A stretch of 64,000 nucleotides of DNA. Origin: Methanomassiliicoccales archaeon (GTDB taxonomy: Archaea; Thermoplasmatota; Thermoplasmata; Methanomassiliicoccales; UBA472). This document shows positions 1 to 10,447 of this stretch, piece by piece. The notes beneath the pieces were generated by a model. The model had not been told where the DNA came from and ran no database searches. It worked only from the letters and a program-made list of their open reading frames with translations. Within the stretch, counting starts at the first letter, position 1; each line of letters starts with the position of its first letter. The stretch covers positions 10,313 through 74,312 of the forward strand of contig JAFGPG010000069.1 in NCBI GenBank assembly GCA_016926075.1, given 5' to 3'. The position numbers and the translations under genes were made by a program.

Positions 1-1036
1 CCCCGGCCATACGATGCTCCTCCCCCGCTACGATGCTGGAGCACAGGGTCATCAGGCCCCCGCACTCGGCGTAGATGGCCTTGCCCTCCGCGGCGGCCTG
101 CCCCAGCCCCTGCAGGAAGTCCTCGTTCTCGCTCAGCCTTCGGGCATGGACCTCTGGATACCCACCCCCCAGATAATATAGGTCGGCCTCCGGGAGAGGG
201 TCCCCGTCGGTCGGTCGGAAATGTTCAACGGTCGCCCCGGCATAGGACAGGGCCTCCAGGTTCTCCGGGTAGTAGAAACAGAAGGAACGATCACGGGGCA
301 CGGCCACCTTGAGGCCCGCATCCCCCTTGGGATATACAGGCATGCTGCGCGGCGGCAGCTCGGGAGCGGAACCCCCGATCTCGAGCAGTCTTTCCAGGTC
401 GATGTCCTCGACCATTTCCTCCAGGTTCCTCCTCAACGCCCCCAGGTCCCCATTCTCATCCACGGTGACCAGTCCCAGGTGCCTTTCCGAGAGCGTCGCC
501 CCCCGTTCCACCGCCCCCAGTACCGGGACCTTCGCCAGCCGCTCCACCGCTTCCGTCGCTTTCTGGCGGTGCCGCGGTCCGCTGACGTTGTTCAGTATGA
601 CCCCGGCCACCCTGACCCGGGGGTCCAGGGACCGGAACCCCAGCACCACCGCGGCCGCGCTCTTCGCCAGGCTCCTGGCGTTGACCACCAGCACCACCGG
701 GGCGTCCAGAATTTTGGCGATCTCCGCGGTGCTGCCGACGTCGCCGGTGGAAGTGAGCCCGTCGTACAGCCCGCGCACCCCCTCTATCAGGGCCAGATCG
801 GCCCCCTGGCAGGCCCATCTGAAATGTTCCACCATCACCCGGGGTTCGATCATGAAGGAGTCCAGGTTGCGGGACGGACGCCCGGCCGCCAGGGCATGGA
901 ACATCGGATCTATGAAGTCCGGGCCGACCTTGAACGGTTGGACCCTGTACCTCTTGGCCAGACGCATCATGAGCCCGCTGGCGATGCAGGTCTTGCCCAC
1001 CCCGCTACCGGTGCCGGCCAGGACCAGTCTCATCAT
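1..1036 (-). CDS. cfbB: Ni-sirohydrochlorin a,c-diamide synthase (CbiA family), 3' end outside the window
   Basis: Not in the ORF track; translated by hand from ATG 1036 (overlaps the cfbC stop): [54 protein letters not shown] (glutamine amidotransferase Cys). Last gene of the cfb operon. Confidence 0.9.
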   Translation of the reverse strand, partial: MMRLVLAGTGSGVGKTCIASGLMMRLAKRYRVQPFKVGPDFIDPMFHALAAGRPSRNLDSFMIEPRVMVEHFRWACQGADLALIEGVRGLYDGLTSTGDVGSTAEIAKILDAPVVLVVNARSLAKSAAAVVLGFRSLDPRVRVAGVILNNVSGPRHRQKATEAVERLAKVPVLGAVERGATLSERHLGLVTVDENGDLGALRRNLEEMVEDIDLERLLEIGGSAPELPPRSMPVYPKGDAGLKVAVPRDRSFCFYYPENLEALSYAGATVEHFRPTDGDPLPEADLYYLGGGYPEVHARRLSENEDFLQGLGQAAAEGKAIYAECGGLMTLCSSIVAGEEHRMAG

Positions 1037-1830
1037 CTCACGGTCAACTCCCTGAGCATGTCCCGCAGCGCCCCTGGGTCCATGGGAGTGGGCATGACGA
1101 AGTGGTCGTTGGCCAGTATGTCCCGGGCTAACAGACGATAGGCCTGGGCCTGAGGGGAGGAGGGGGCGCCCTCCAATACCGTGCGCCCGGCGTTCTCGCA
1201 GTCCCGCACCACCTGGTGACGGGGGACGAAGCCGATCATCCGGGAGCCCAGGTGTGCCGCTGTGGTCGATACCGCCTCTTTCTCCAGAGGGACGTCGCGG
1301 GAATTGCAGATCAGTCCGCCAAGACCCACCCCCAGGTTATTGAGTCCCCTGCAGATGTTGTTGGCGGCATAGAGGGAGAGGTACTCCCCGGAGGTGACCA
1401 CGTAGACCTCCCGGGCGAAGCCCTGCCGCAGCGGGGTGGCGAACCCCCCGCAGACCACATCGCCCGGGACGTCGTAGAGGACCACATCAGGGTCCTCCGT
1501 GAAATAGTCCCGCTGCAGGGCCTGCAAGGCCACGATGATCCCCCTCCCGGCGCAGCCCACGCCAGCCAAGGGGCCGCCCACCTCCAGACAGCGCACCCCC
1601 AGATAACCGGTGCCCACCTCGTAGCGTCCCACCTCCCCGTCCTTCATCTGGTCCAGGAAGGTGGGGAGGCTCTCCCCGCCCATCAGGGTCAGGGAGCCGT
1701 CGGACTTGGGATCGCAGCCCACGTACCAGACCCGAAGCCCTGCCTCGGCCATGCTGGCCACCAGATTGGCCGATATGGTGGACTTGCCGATGCCGCCCTT
1801 CCCGTAGATGGCGATCTGCCTCAGGTCCAC
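1033..1830 (-). CDS. cfbC: Ni-sirohydrochlorin a,c-diamide reductive cyclase ATP-dependent reductase subunit (NifH-like)
   Basis: [11 protein letters not shown]-loop, [13 protein letters not shown] and DVVCGGFA Fe-S Cys motifs; located in the cfb operon. Confidence 0.93.
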   Translation of the reverse strand: MDLRQIAIYGKGGIGKSTISANLVASMAEAGLRVWYVGCDPKSDGSLTLMGGESLPTFLDQMKDGEVGRYEVGTGYLGVRCLEVGGPLAGVGCAGRGIIVALQALQRDYFTEDPDVVLYDVPGDVVCGGFATPLRQGFAREVYVVTSGEYLSLYAANNICRGLNNLGVGLGGLICNSRDVPLEKEAVSTTAAHLGSRMIGFVPRHQVVRDCENAGRTVLEGAPSSPQAQAYRLLARDILANDHFVMPTPMDPGALRDMLRELTVR

Positions 1831-2909
1831 CCCTCCCTTGCCAGCTCGCGCATGGTGTCCCCGAGCTCCGTGCGCAGCACCCCATGCGCGCCCATCACCC
1901 GGGCATGTATGTCCGGCTCGGACACCACGTCCCGGAACCCTTCGCGCAGGTAGTTGTCCACCTCCCTGGGCTGATCGGACATGAGAACAGCGTCGCGGTC
2001 AAGTCCGGGGATGGCATGGACGATGCCGCAGACCACCAGCAGGTCATGCTCGATGGAGGAGATATGCTCAGCAGCCTTGATCCCCGCCACCGGGTACTCG
2101 TCCAGCCCGCCGGTGACGTGATCGAGACGCACTCCCACTTCGCTCAGATCTCGCATGATGTCCGCTACGTAACGCCTGATGCGCGGAAGACCGACCCCCT
2201 GGTCCAGGTTGGCTATGAAGCTCGTCTCCCCTCCAATAAGTGAGCGGCATTCCTCCACCGCCCTCAGCACATCGGCGTGCCCGTAGGCCAGCTCCTTCTT
2301 GCCGTTGAGCACCACCAGCACCCTCCCTCCTTTTCGCAGGGTGTTGCCTATGCGGCGGGCCGCGCTGTACTTGGTGACACCGTAATTGGGGGAGAGAAGC
2401 TCCTTGCTGGTCAATCCCCTGTCGCGCTCCAGCAACGTGGCCCGGGTCAACATGTCCCGCTGGCGGAGATACTCCTTCTGAGGAATGACGCCCCTCTGCC
2501 AGGCCATCTCCAATGCCCGGATGGCTCCCACAGTGTTGGCGCCCGAACAACCATGTACGTCCACCGGGATGACCTTGGCCCGCAGCCCAGCCTTCTCCAC
2601 GGCCCGGTCCAGGCTCTCTCCGATGATCATGCTGGCGCAGGTGCCGACCACCCCGATCAAGGAAGGGTCGAACCGCTCCTGCACCTTGCGCAGGGTCTGC
2701 GTCAGCTTCTCCTCCGCACCGAAGATGAGGTCGTTCTCCTTCATGCCCGTTGTGACCACCCGGACCCCGGCGTCCTCCAGGCGGCGGGAGACCATGAACC
2801 CGCATCCCGCCGGACCATGGACCACGATCACCTCCACGTCAAGGTCACGCAACGTGTACATGGCGGCCACGATGGGATTGGGACGGGGGTGCAGCACGTC
2901 CTCGTTCAC
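1821..2909 (-). CDS. cfbD: Ni-sirohydrochlorin a,c-diamide reductive cyclase catalytic subunit (NifD-like)
   Basis: [46 protein letters not shown] 2909 overlaps the cfbE stop (GTGA). Confidence 0.93.
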   Translation of the reverse strand: MNEDVLHPRPNPIVAAMYTLRDLDVEVIVVHGPAGCGFMVSRRLEDAGVRVVTTGMKENDLIFGAEEKLTQTLRKVQERFDPSLIGVVGTCASMIIGESLDRAVEKAGLRAKVIPVDVHGCSGANTVGAIRALEMAWQRGVIPQKEYLRQRDMLTRATLLERDRGLTSKELLSPNYGVTKYSAARRIGNTLRKGGRVLVVLNGKKELAYGHADVLRAVEECRSLIGGETSFIANLDQGVGLPRIRRYVADIMRDLSEVGVRLDHVTGGLDEYPVAGIKAAEHISSIEHDLLVVCGIVHAIPGLDRDAVLMSDQPREVDNYLREGFRDVVSEPDIHARVMGAHGVLRTELGDTMRELAREGWT

Positions 2910-4195
2910 AGATAGCCCTCCTTGGTGGCCCACAGCAACGTGCTGTGGTAACCCAATACCTCGTCCATACCGGTTATGATATGATAACCCTCCTCCTTGG
3001 CCGTGCCCGTTCCATCCGATAATAGGTATCTACCGCGCACCTGGGGAATTTGGTCGCATATTTGTTGGACCCTGCTCAGTTCCAACTTCTCACAGACCCT
3101 GCGGTTCACCGGGTCCAGTACCAGTCCGATGTCCCGGCATCCGTACTCGTGGACCAGCGTCCTCAGCTGGAATTCCAGGGAAGCCGCGCTGATCCCCGGG
3201 TTGCGTTCCCGCACCAACACCCCCCATTCATGCTTGGTCACCTCACACCGACCGGCCAGGCCCCGGTAGTCGGACAGGCGCCGGGCGGCCCCAATGGGAT
3301 CGCGTCCCAGGGCCATGACGACCGCCAGGGCGCAGGCCAGTGCGGTGCGATAGGTGGAATGGATATAGCCGCCCCGAAGTTCGTATTCCCGTCGTTCCCC
3401 GCCCGACCGCACCACCGAGATGGCGGGGCCCCCCAGCTCTCCCAGTCTCAGCTCGACGTCCACGTCCCCACCCTGGCCGAATGTGATCGCCTCCACGTCC
3501 CTGGGGACCTCGTCCCTCCACAGTGCCGCCTCCGAGACCGGGTAGACCACTCTGCCCCGGGCCGACCGGACCATCTGGACCTTGCCTTCCCAGGCCTTTC
3601 TCATGCCCCCTGCGATGGGATAGTCCTCCTGAAGGCCGGTGATGACCCCCACCGAGGCAAGCCCGCTTCCTCCCAGGCTCACCTCCATCACCCCCAGGTC
3701 GTAACCGTCGTACTCCTTCGAGAGGCGAAGCAGGGTGGCCGGGGCTATGCTGACCCTCTCCTCCAGCACACTCACCTCCGGCGCGTAGGACCATAGGCCG
3801 GAACTGGTCAAGGAGAGGACTCGGTAATGTTGGTCCGCTAAAAGGAAGGAGAGCAGGTGACAGGTGCTGGTCTTACCCTTGGTGCCGGTCACCTCCACGG
3901 TGGGAAAGCGGAAATTGGCCAACTCCCCTACCGCCTGATGATGGGTGATGGTACGTAGGGCCTTGGCCGGACCCATGAATCTCAACGGGGCGTGGACAGG
4001 CACTACTGCCAGATCATAGTCCTCGGCCGGCGTCTCGATCGGACATCGCACCCCCATGGCCTTGAGACGATGCACTGCCCGGGCGGAATTACGATAGATG
4101 TCCACCGCGGTCACCTCCCCCCCTTGGGAGAGATATTCCTCGGCCAGGACGTCCCCCCCATGGGTCAGGTCCAGCACCAGCACATTCATATTCAC
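2906..4195 (-). CDS. cfbE: Coenzyme F430 synthase (Mur ligase family)
   Basis: VLDLTHGG N-terminus, EVTGTKGKTST P-loop, EVSLGGSG, DYPIAGG; between cfbA and cfbD. Confidence 0.92.
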   Translation of the reverse strand: MNMNVLVLDLTHGGDVLAEEYLSQGGEVTAVDIYRNSARAVHRLKAMGVRCPIETPAEDYDLAVVPVHAPLRFMGPAKALRTITHHQAVGELANFRFPTVEVTGTKGKTSTCHLLSFLLADQHYRVLSLTSSGLWSYAPEVSVLEERVSIAPATLLRLSKEYDGYDLGVMEVSLGGSGLASVGVITGLQEDYPIAGGMRKAWEGKVQMVRSARGRVVYPVSEAALWRDEVPRDVEAITFGQGGDVDVELRLGELGGPAISVVRSGGERREYELRGGYIHSTYRTALACALAVVMALGRDPIGAARRLSDYRGLAGRCEVTKHEWGVLVRERNPGISAASLEFQLRTLVHEYGCRDIGLVLDPVNRRVCEKLELSRVQQICDQIPQVRGRYLLSDGTGTAKEEGYHIITGMDEVLGYHSTLLWATKEGYL

Positions 4196-4581
4196 ATCTC
4201 GGCCCTTATACGGTCCATGAGGATGTCCGCCAATCTGGGGTCCTGACCCATGGGCTGGCAGTAGCGGACCTCCACATCCTTGCCGTCGACGGCCACCTTG
4301 CCGCGGCGCTGTCCCTTGGCAAAACCCAACACCCCAGGTATGTCCTCGGTGGTGTGTATGCCCACGGCCAGGAAGCAGGGCACCACGTAGACCACTTCCG
4401 CTCCCCGTCGGACCACGTTCTGCAGCCCGGTAGGTATGTCCGGGGCGTTCAGCTGCATGAAGGCCGCCTCGACCGGCCCGAACTCCCCTCTTTCCTCCAG
4501 CAGGCTGGCCATCTTGACCGCCAGGTCCATGTTGTGCTCCATCTTGCTACCGTGCCCGACCACTAGAACTCCGTTGCTCAT
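4192..4581 (-). CDS. cfbA: Sirohydrochlorin nickelochelatase (CbiX-S type)
   Basis: 129 aa; VGHGS and FLAVGIHT His motifs; first gene of the cfb operon. Confidence 0.9.
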   Translation of the reverse strand: MSNGVLVVGHGSKMEHNMDLAVKMASLLEERGEFGPVEAAFMQLNAPDIPTGLQNVVRRGAEVVYVVPCFLAVGIHTTEDIPGVLGFAKGQRRGKVAVDGKDVEVRYCQPMGQDPRLADILMDRIRAEM

Positions 4582-4724
4582 GTCGATTCACCTTGCGGGG
4601 CAATAACCCCTAGGCTTGATAAATATTACTATAGAATGAAAAAATAACATTAATTCTATAATGTTCATACATATTAAAAATAGGAATTGTTTTATTACTC
4701 ATCGTGCTTAAGGGGGACGAAAAG
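4582..4724. promoter_or_regulatory. AT-rich divergent promoter region of the cfb and hem/sir operons, with two overlapping inverted repeats
   Basis: TATAGAAT(4630-4637)-N15-ATTCTATA(4653-4660) and AACATTA(4646-4652)-N6-TAATGTT(4659-4665); TATA-like tracts on both strands. Confidence 0.6.
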
Positions 4725-5327
4725 ATGATCCCGCTGTTCCTGGACCTGAGGGGTAAGAAGGCCATCGTCTTCGGATGCGGTCCGGTCGGTCAACGCAAGG
4801 CTGTCTACCTGGCGAAGCAGGCCGATGTGACCGTGGTGGACCGATCGCCCGGACCAGCCCCCGAAGGCGCAAGAAGGATATTGGGGGACGCCCGCTCACA
4901 CCTCCACCTATTGCAACAGGCGGACCTGGTGGTGGCAGCCACCGAGGACGGGGAGCTCAACGACCTCATATGCAGGGAGGCGTCCGACCTCGGCATTTGG
5001 TTCAATCGTGCCGACGGTACCGGTTCCTTCCTCATCCCCTCGGTCGTCGAAAGACGGAACTTCACCGTGGCGGTGTCCACCGAAGGTCGCAGCCCGGGCA
5101 TGTCCCGCCATATCAGGGAACACCTGGACCTCTGCCTGCCCCCGGAATGGGAGGACATGGTCCAGGTCATGGAGATGGTACGCCAGGAGCTCAGGTCGGT
5201 CGTGGAGGACCCGCACGCGCGAGAGAGGACGCTGAGAACGCTGAGCGAGGACCAGGAGGTCTGGGAGGCACTGTCCTCGGGGACGGAGGCCGCCTTCCGG
5301 ACGGCCATGCGCAAGGCGGTGCGTTGA
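4725..5327 (+). CDS. sirC: Precorrin-2 dehydrogenase (siroheme synthase N-terminal type)
   Basis: MIPLFLDLRGK, GCGPVGQRK Rossmann motif, VAVSTEGRSP; ATG 4725 after AGGGGG. Confidence 0.88.
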   Translation: MIPLFLDLRGKKAIVFGCGPVGQRKAVYLAKQADVTVVDRSPGPAPEGARRILGDARSHLHLLQQADLVVAATEDGELNDLICREASDLGIWFNRADGTGSFLIPSVVERRNFTVAVSTEGRSPGMSRHIREHLDLCLPPEWEDMVQVMEMVRQELRSVVEDPHARERTLRTLSEDQEVWEALSSGTEAAFRTAMRKAVR

Positions 5328-5328
5328 G

Positions 5329-6612
5329 ATGTTCCCCCTGATCAGCGCCCATATCACCCACAAGGAGGCCCCCATGCAGGACCTGGGACGCCTGGGCGAC
5401 GTGGACCCCCAGGCACTGCTCTCCTCGCTGAGAGCCTTGCCCAGGATCGACGAATGTGCCTTGCTGAAGACCTGCAACAGAGTGGAGTTCTACGTGGTCT
5501 CCGAGGACCAGGTGCAGGCCAGGGAAGGACTGGAGCGGTTGGTCGCCTCCCTCCTGCCCTACGATAGGGAGGGCGGGCTGGTCCGTTTCATGACCGGCCG
5601 GGGGTCCATGCATCACCTGCTACGGGTGTCCTGCGGGCTGGAGTCCCTGATCGTGGGGGAGGACCAGATACAATCGCAGGTGAAGGAATGCTATGACCTG
5701 TGCATGAGACAGGGCTGCATCGGAAAGGTGCTGGGGACGGTGTTCCGCAAGGCCATCAGCACCGGTAAGAGGGTCCGGACGGAGACGCGGCTCAACAAGG
5801 GCAACGTTTCGGTGGGCTCGGCCGCGGTGGACATGGCCGAGGCCCGACTGGGCGACCTTCAAGGGCGCACCGTACTGGTGATAGGGGCCGGACAGATGGC
5901 CACCCTCATCGCCAAGCATCTGCTGGGTAAGGGCCCCCAGGCGGTGTTCGTATCCAACCGCACCTATGCCCGGGCGATGGAGCTGGCCTGGTGCCTGAAC
6001 GGGAAGGCGGTACGCTTCGAACAGTTGCAGGATTACCTGGCCAGGGCGGACGTGGTGCTCTGTGCCACGTCGGCCAAGCATATCGTGCTCGGACCGCAGG
6101 AGGTCGGTGAGGCCATGCGTATAAGGGAGGGACGACCCATGTTCATAATCGACGTCTCCTTCCCGCGCAACGTGGCCGAGGAGGTGCGCTCACTGCCCGG
6201 GGTGGAGATGTGCGACCTATCCGGGCTGAACGGCGTGGCCAGGGAGAACCTGGAAAGGCGCAGGTCGGAGATCCTGGAGGCCGAGGCCATCATCAAGGAG
6301 GAACTGCAGCTGTTGACCGCCCGCCTGGAGGAGATGCGTGCGGCGGAGCTGCTGCGGTCTGTGCATAGCAAGTATCAGGACATCAAGCTGCGGGAGGTGC
6401 AAAAGGCCATGAACCGTCTGCGTTCCGGAGAGGAATCGGAGCGCGTGCTGGAGGACCTGGCCGGGGCCTTGGTCAGCCGCTTCCTGGCCGACCCCACGGC
6501 GGCGGTCAAGATGGCCAGCCGTTGCGGGGATTCCCATCTGCTGCGCACCACCCGGGAGCTGTTCGCGTTGGAGGAGCATCATGTTCCCTCAGGAAAGGAT
6601 GAGAAGGATTAG
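5329..6612 (+). CDS. hemA: Glutamyl-tRNA reductase
   Basis: TCNRVE catalytic motif, GLESLIVGEDQI, IGAGQMA. Confidence 0.95.
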   Translation: MFPLISAHITHKEAPMQDLGRLGDVDPQALLSSLRALPRIDECALLKTCNRVEFYVVSEDQVQAREGLERLVASLLPYDREGGLVRFMTGRGSMHHLLRVSCGLESLIVGEDQIQSQVKECYDLCMRQGCIGKVLGTVFRKAISTGKRVRTETRLNKGNVSVGSAAVDMAEARLGDLQGRTVLVIGAGQMATLIAKHLLGKGPQAVFVSNRTYARAMELAWCLNGKAVRFEQLQDYLARADVVLCATSAKHIVLGPQEVGEAMRIREGRPMFIIDVSFPRNVAEEVRSLPGVEMCDLSGLNGVARENLERRRSEILEAEAIIKEELQLLTARLEEMRAAELLRSVHSKYQDIKLREVQKAMNRLRSGEESERVLEDLAGALVSRFLADPTAAVKMASRCGDSHLLRTTRELFALEEHHVPSGKDEKD

Positions 6613-7552
6613 ATATCATGCAGGGGTCCGCGACCTGGTACGGGAGAACCGCCTGGCGCCGGAGCAGCTCATACAGCCGCTGTTCGTGGACGAGAACATC
6701 GACCAGCGCCGCTCGGTGCCCTCCCTTCCCGGTCAGTGCGCCCTTCCGCCGGACCAGGTGCTGCGGGAGTGCCGGGAGATAGAGGCCTCCGGGTGCCGGG
6801 CGGTCCTGCTCTTCGGGATCCCCAAACGAAAGGACCCCCTGGGCAAGGGCGCCTATGACGACGAGGGGGTCGTGCAACGGGCCGTACGCAGCATCAAGAA
6901 GGGATGCGGGCTGGCCATCATCACCGACCTCTGCCTCTGCGAGTACACAGACCACGGGCACTGCGGTGTGATGGTGGACGAAGAGGTGGACAACGACGCC
7001 ACCTTGGGACTCTACGCCCGGATCGCCGTCAGCCAGGCCCGTGCCGGGGCGGACATGGTCGCCCCCAGCGGGATGATGGACGGTCAGGTGGCGGCCATAC
7101 GACAGGCTTTGGACCAGCAGGGTCAATCCCGTGTCGGCATCATGGCCTACTCGGCGAAGTTCTGTTCCTGCTTCTACGGGCCCTTCAGGGACCTGGCCGG
7201 GAGCCGTCCCTCCCACGGGGACCGCAGATCACACCAGATAGACCCGGCCAACGGACGGCAGGCCCTGCGGGAGATGGAGCTGGACGTCGAGGAGGGAGCG
7301 GACATGCTCATGGTCAAGCCGGCATTGCCCTATCTGGATGTCATCAAGGAGGCCAGCAATCGATTCGAGATGCCCCTGTGCGCCTTCCAGGTCAGCGGGG
7401 AGTACGCCATGGTAATGGCCGCAGCAGAGAGGGGATGGATCGACCGCGACGCGGCCATCATGGAATCCCTTATCTCGATAAGAAGGGCCGGGGCCGACTG
7501 CATCGTCACCTATTTCGCCAAGGAGGCCGCCCGACTTCTGGAGGGGAAATGA
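6581..7552 (+). CDS. hemB: Porphobilinogen synthase
   Basis: DLCLCEYTDHGHCG zinc site, APSGMMDG, MVKPALPYLD. Confidence 0.96.
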   Translation: MFPQERMRRIRYHAGVRDLVRENRLAPEQLIQPLFVDENIDQRRSVPSLPGQCALPPDQVLRECREIEASGCRAVLLFGIPKRKDPLGKGAYDDEGVVQRAVRSIKKGCGLAIITDLCLCEYTDHGHCGVMVDEEVDNDATLGLYARIAVSQARAGADMVAPSGMMDGQVAAIRQALDQQGQSRVGIMAYSAKFCSCFYGPFRDLAGSRPSHGDRRSHQIDPANGRQALREMELDVEEGADMLMVKPALPYLDVIKEASNRFEMPLCAFQVSGEYAMVMAAAERGWIDRDAAIMESLISIRRAGADCIVTYFAKEAARLLEGK

Positions 7553-8829
7553 TGGGCTCAGAGCGCTCCAGGATGCTGTACGAAAGGGCCCATGGCCTGA
7601 TGCCCGGAGGGGTCTCCTCCCCGGTGAGGGCCTCCGAGCCCTTTCCCCTGTTCATCAAAGGGGGAAAGGGGGCCACCCTATTCGACGTGGACGGCAATCG
7701 ATACTCGGATTACTGCCTGGCCTACGGCCCCCTCATACTTGGTCACGCCCATCCCCGTGTGGTGGAGGCCCTACGGAAGCAGGCGGGGGAGGGCACGCTG
7801 TATGGGGCGCCCACCGAGCTGGAGGTGGAGATGGCCTCCCTGATCTCCTCGCTATACCCATCCATGCCCATGATGCGATTCGTCAGCTCCGGCACGGAGG
7901 CAACCATGCACGCCCTACGCCTGGCGCGGGGCTTCACCGGTCGCAGCAAGATCATCAAGATCGAGGGGGCCTTCCATGGCGCTCACGACTCGGTGCTGGT
8001 GAAGGCCGGCTCCGGAGCGGCCACACATGGCACCCCGGACTCCCTGGGGGTGCCGGAGGAGGTGGCCAGGAACACCCTGCTGGCGCCCTACAATGACCTG
8101 GATGCGGTGGAGCGACTGATGAGGGAACAGGGCGGGCAGATCGCCGCCCTGATCGTGGAACCGGTGCTGGGCAACATCGGTCCGGTGCTCCCCCGGGAAG
8201 GCTATCTGCAAGGGCTGCGAGAGCTCACCTCCCGGCACGACCTGCTGCTCATCTTCGACGAGGTCATCACCGGCTTCCGCCTAGCCATGGGCGGGGCCCA
8301 GGAATATTACGGCGTTCGGCCGGACATCACCGTGCTGGGCAAGATCGCCGGGGGCGGCCTGCCCATCGGGATCTTCGGCGCCTCGGAAGAGATCATGTCC
8401 TGGGTCTCCCCCCTGGGGAAGGTCTATCAGGCTGGGACGTTCAACGGTAACCCCATGTCCATGACCGCCGGCCTGGAGACCCTGCGAGAACTGCGGGAGA
8501 AGGGGCACGAAGGCCTCTTCCATAACGGGGAGAGGATGAGGAAAGGGCTACAGAATGTCCTTGACGACCTAGGCCTGGGATACAAGGTACAGGGCATCGG
8601 GCCCATGTACCAGCTCTTCCTCGGCCGGGAGGAGGTATGGGACCGCGCGGGGGCCATGCGCAGCGACGCCACCCTCTTCAAGAGGTTATACCAGGGACTG
8701 CTGCATGAAGGGGTCTACATCCCACCCTCCCAGTTCGAGACGTGCTTCCTCTCCACCGCGCATTCCCAGGCGGACATCGACCGCGCTCTGGGGTCCTACG
8801 AGAAAGTGCTCAGGGGGCTGCGGCCATGA
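7549..8829 (+). CDS. hemL: Glutamate-1-semialdehyde 2,1-aminomutase
   Basis: MPGGVSSPVRA, SGTEATM, FDEVITGFR, LGKIAGGG; true start ATG 7549 overlaps the hemB stop. Confidence 0.96.
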   Translation: MMGSERSRMLYERAHGLMPGGVSSPVRASEPFPLFIKGGKGATLFDVDGNRYSDYCLAYGPLILGHAHPRVVEALRKQAGEGTLYGAPTELEVEMASLISSLYPSMPMMRFVSSGTEATMHALRLARGFTGRSKIIKIEGAFHGAHDSVLVKAGSGAATHGTPDSLGVPEEVARNTLLAPYNDLDAVERLMREQGGQIAALIVEPVLGNIGPVLPREGYLQGLRELTSRHDLLLIFDEVITGFRLAMGGAQEYYGVRPDITVLGKIAGGGLPIGIFGASEEIMSWVSPLGKVYQAGTFNGNPMSMTAGLETLRELREKGHEGLFHNGERMRKGLQNVLDDLGLGYKVQGIGPMYQLFLGREEVWDRAGAMRSDATLFKRLYQGLLHEGVYIPPSQFETCFLSTAHSQADIDRALGSYEKVLRGLRP

Positions 8830-9707
8830 TCATCGGTACCCGTGGAAGCCGCCTGGCAGTGGCCCAGACCGACATTTTCCTGGAGCGGCTGCGCTCGCTC
8901 TTCCCTCTGGTCAATGCGGAGGTGCGGATGATATCCACCACCGGCGACCGTGTCAGGGACCGCCCCCTGCACGCCATGGGGGGCTTCGGGGTCTTCGTCA
9001 AGGAGCTGGACGAGCGTATACTGGCCGGGGACATCGACTGTGCGGTGAACAGCCTGAAGGACATGCCGATGGACCTCACCCCGGGGACCAGGCTGGCCTG
9101 CGTGCTGCCACGCGGCCCGGCCGAGGACGTACTGGTCGCCGACGTCCCTCTGCAGGAATTGAGGGAGGGAGCGGTGCTGGGCACCTCCAGTGTCCGAAGG
9201 AAGGCCATGCTGCTCCACCAACGACCGGACCTGAACATCAGGGAACTGCGGGGCAACCTGACCACCCGCCTGAAGAAGATGCGCAGCGAGGGGATGGACG
9301 GCATCGTCGTCGCCCGGGCCGGCCTGGAGCGGTTGGCGGTGCGCTGCGAGCGTCATACGCTCGACCCGGAGGTCTTCGTGCCGGCCGTGGGCCAGGGGGC
9401 CATCGCGGTCGTGTGCCGCGAAGGGCTGCCCGAAGGACGGCAGTTGAGTGCGCTGGATGACGGCAGGACCCGCCTGGAGGTGGAGTCCGAACGCTTCCTG
9501 CAGCGGGCCCTGGGCGGAGGCTGCTCGGTGCCCGTCGGCATCCATGCGGTGACGGAAGGGAAGCGCATGACGGTGCGGGCCGCGGTCCTCCTTCCCGACG
9601 GTTCCAGACGCTTCGACATGGCCGAGGGGTTCACCATCGCCGATCGCCATGCCGCGTTGAACGATATGGTGGGAACACTACTGGAGGGAGCGGAGGGGAT
9701 GTTATGA
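8826..9707 (+). CDS. hemC: Hydroxymethylbilane synthase (porphobilinogen deaminase)
   Basis: IGTRGSRLA, GTSSVRR, LRGN, GGGCSVP; ATG 8826 overlaps the hemL stop. Confidence 0.95.
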   Translation: MIIGTRGSRLAVAQTDIFLERLRSLFPLVNAEVRMISTTGDRVRDRPLHAMGGFGVFVKELDERILAGDIDCAVNSLKDMPMDLTPGTRLACVLPRGPAEDVLVADVPLQELREGAVLGTSSVRRKAMLLHQRPDLNIRELRGNLTTRLKKMRSEGMDGIVVARAGLERLAVRCERHTLDPEVFVPAVGQGAIAVVCREGLPEGRQLSALDDGRTRLEVESERFLQRALGGGCSVPVGIHAVTEGKRMTVRAAVLLPDGSRRFDMAEGFTIADRHAALNDMVGTLLEGAEGML

Positions 9708-10447
9708 ACGGAAAGGTCTTTCTGGTGGGGGCCGGACCGGGGGACCCCGGGCTGATGACCCTCAGGGGCATGGAGCTGCTCCGCAGCGCGGACGCGGTGG
9801 TGTACGATTCCCTGGCCAACGAAGCGCTGCTTAAGGAGGCCAGGGCGGGCGCCGATCTGATCGACGTGGGCAAGAGGGGCGCCCATCACAAGATGGAGCA
9901 GGAGGACATCAACCGGTTGCTGGTGCAAAGGGCCAGGGAAGGCCTCACGGTGGTCCGCCTCAAGGGAGGGGACCCCTTCCTCTTCGGCCGGGGGGCCGAG
10001 GAGGTACAGGAACTGCGAAGGGCGGGGGTGGAGGTGCACGTGGTCCCAGGGGTGACATCGGCCATCGCCGCCCCGGAGCTGGCCGGGGTACCGGTCACCC
10101 ACCGTGAGCACGCCTCCCTGGTGACCTTCGTCACTGGCAACGAGGGCCAGGAAAAGGAGGAGGACACGATCGACTGGTCCGCCCTGGCCCGAACGGGAGG
10201 GACCATCGTCATCCTCATGGGCATGGCCAACCTGGAACGCAACATGCGCCGACTGATGGAAGGGGGTATGGAACCCTCGACCTCGGTGGCCGTGGTGCAC
10301 CGGGGCTCCTCGCCCTCCCAGAGGACGGTGGTGGGCCGCGTCTCGGACATAGGGGAATTGTGCCGGAGGGAGGGCATCGGCGCCCCCTCCGTGGTGGTGG
10401 TAGGAAGCGTAGCCACTTTGGCCGCCGTGCTGGGGGACCTGAGATGA
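9704..10447 (+). CDS. cobA: Uroporphyrinogen-III C-methyltransferase
   Basis: VGAGPGDPGLMT, VRLKGGDPFLFGRG, VPGVTS (SirA/CobA SUMT family). Confidence 0.95.
   Translation: MNGKVFLVGAGPGDPGLMTLRGMELLRSADAVVYDSLANEALLKEARAGADLIDVGKRGAHHKMEQEDINRLLVQRAREGLTVVRLKGGDPFLFGRGAEEVQELRRAGVEVHVVPGVTSAIAAPELAGVPVTHREHASLVTFVTGNEGQEKEEDTIDWSALARTGGTIVILMGMANLERNMRRLMEGGMEPSTSVAVVHRGSSPSQRTVVGRVSDIGELCRREGIGAPSVVVVGSVATLAAVLGDLR

Noticed and set aside
1033..2909. NifH/NifD-like genes as nitrogenase
   Set aside because: They are short, lack nifK/E/N/B partners and sit inside the cfbA/E/B operon, so they are CfbC and CfbD.
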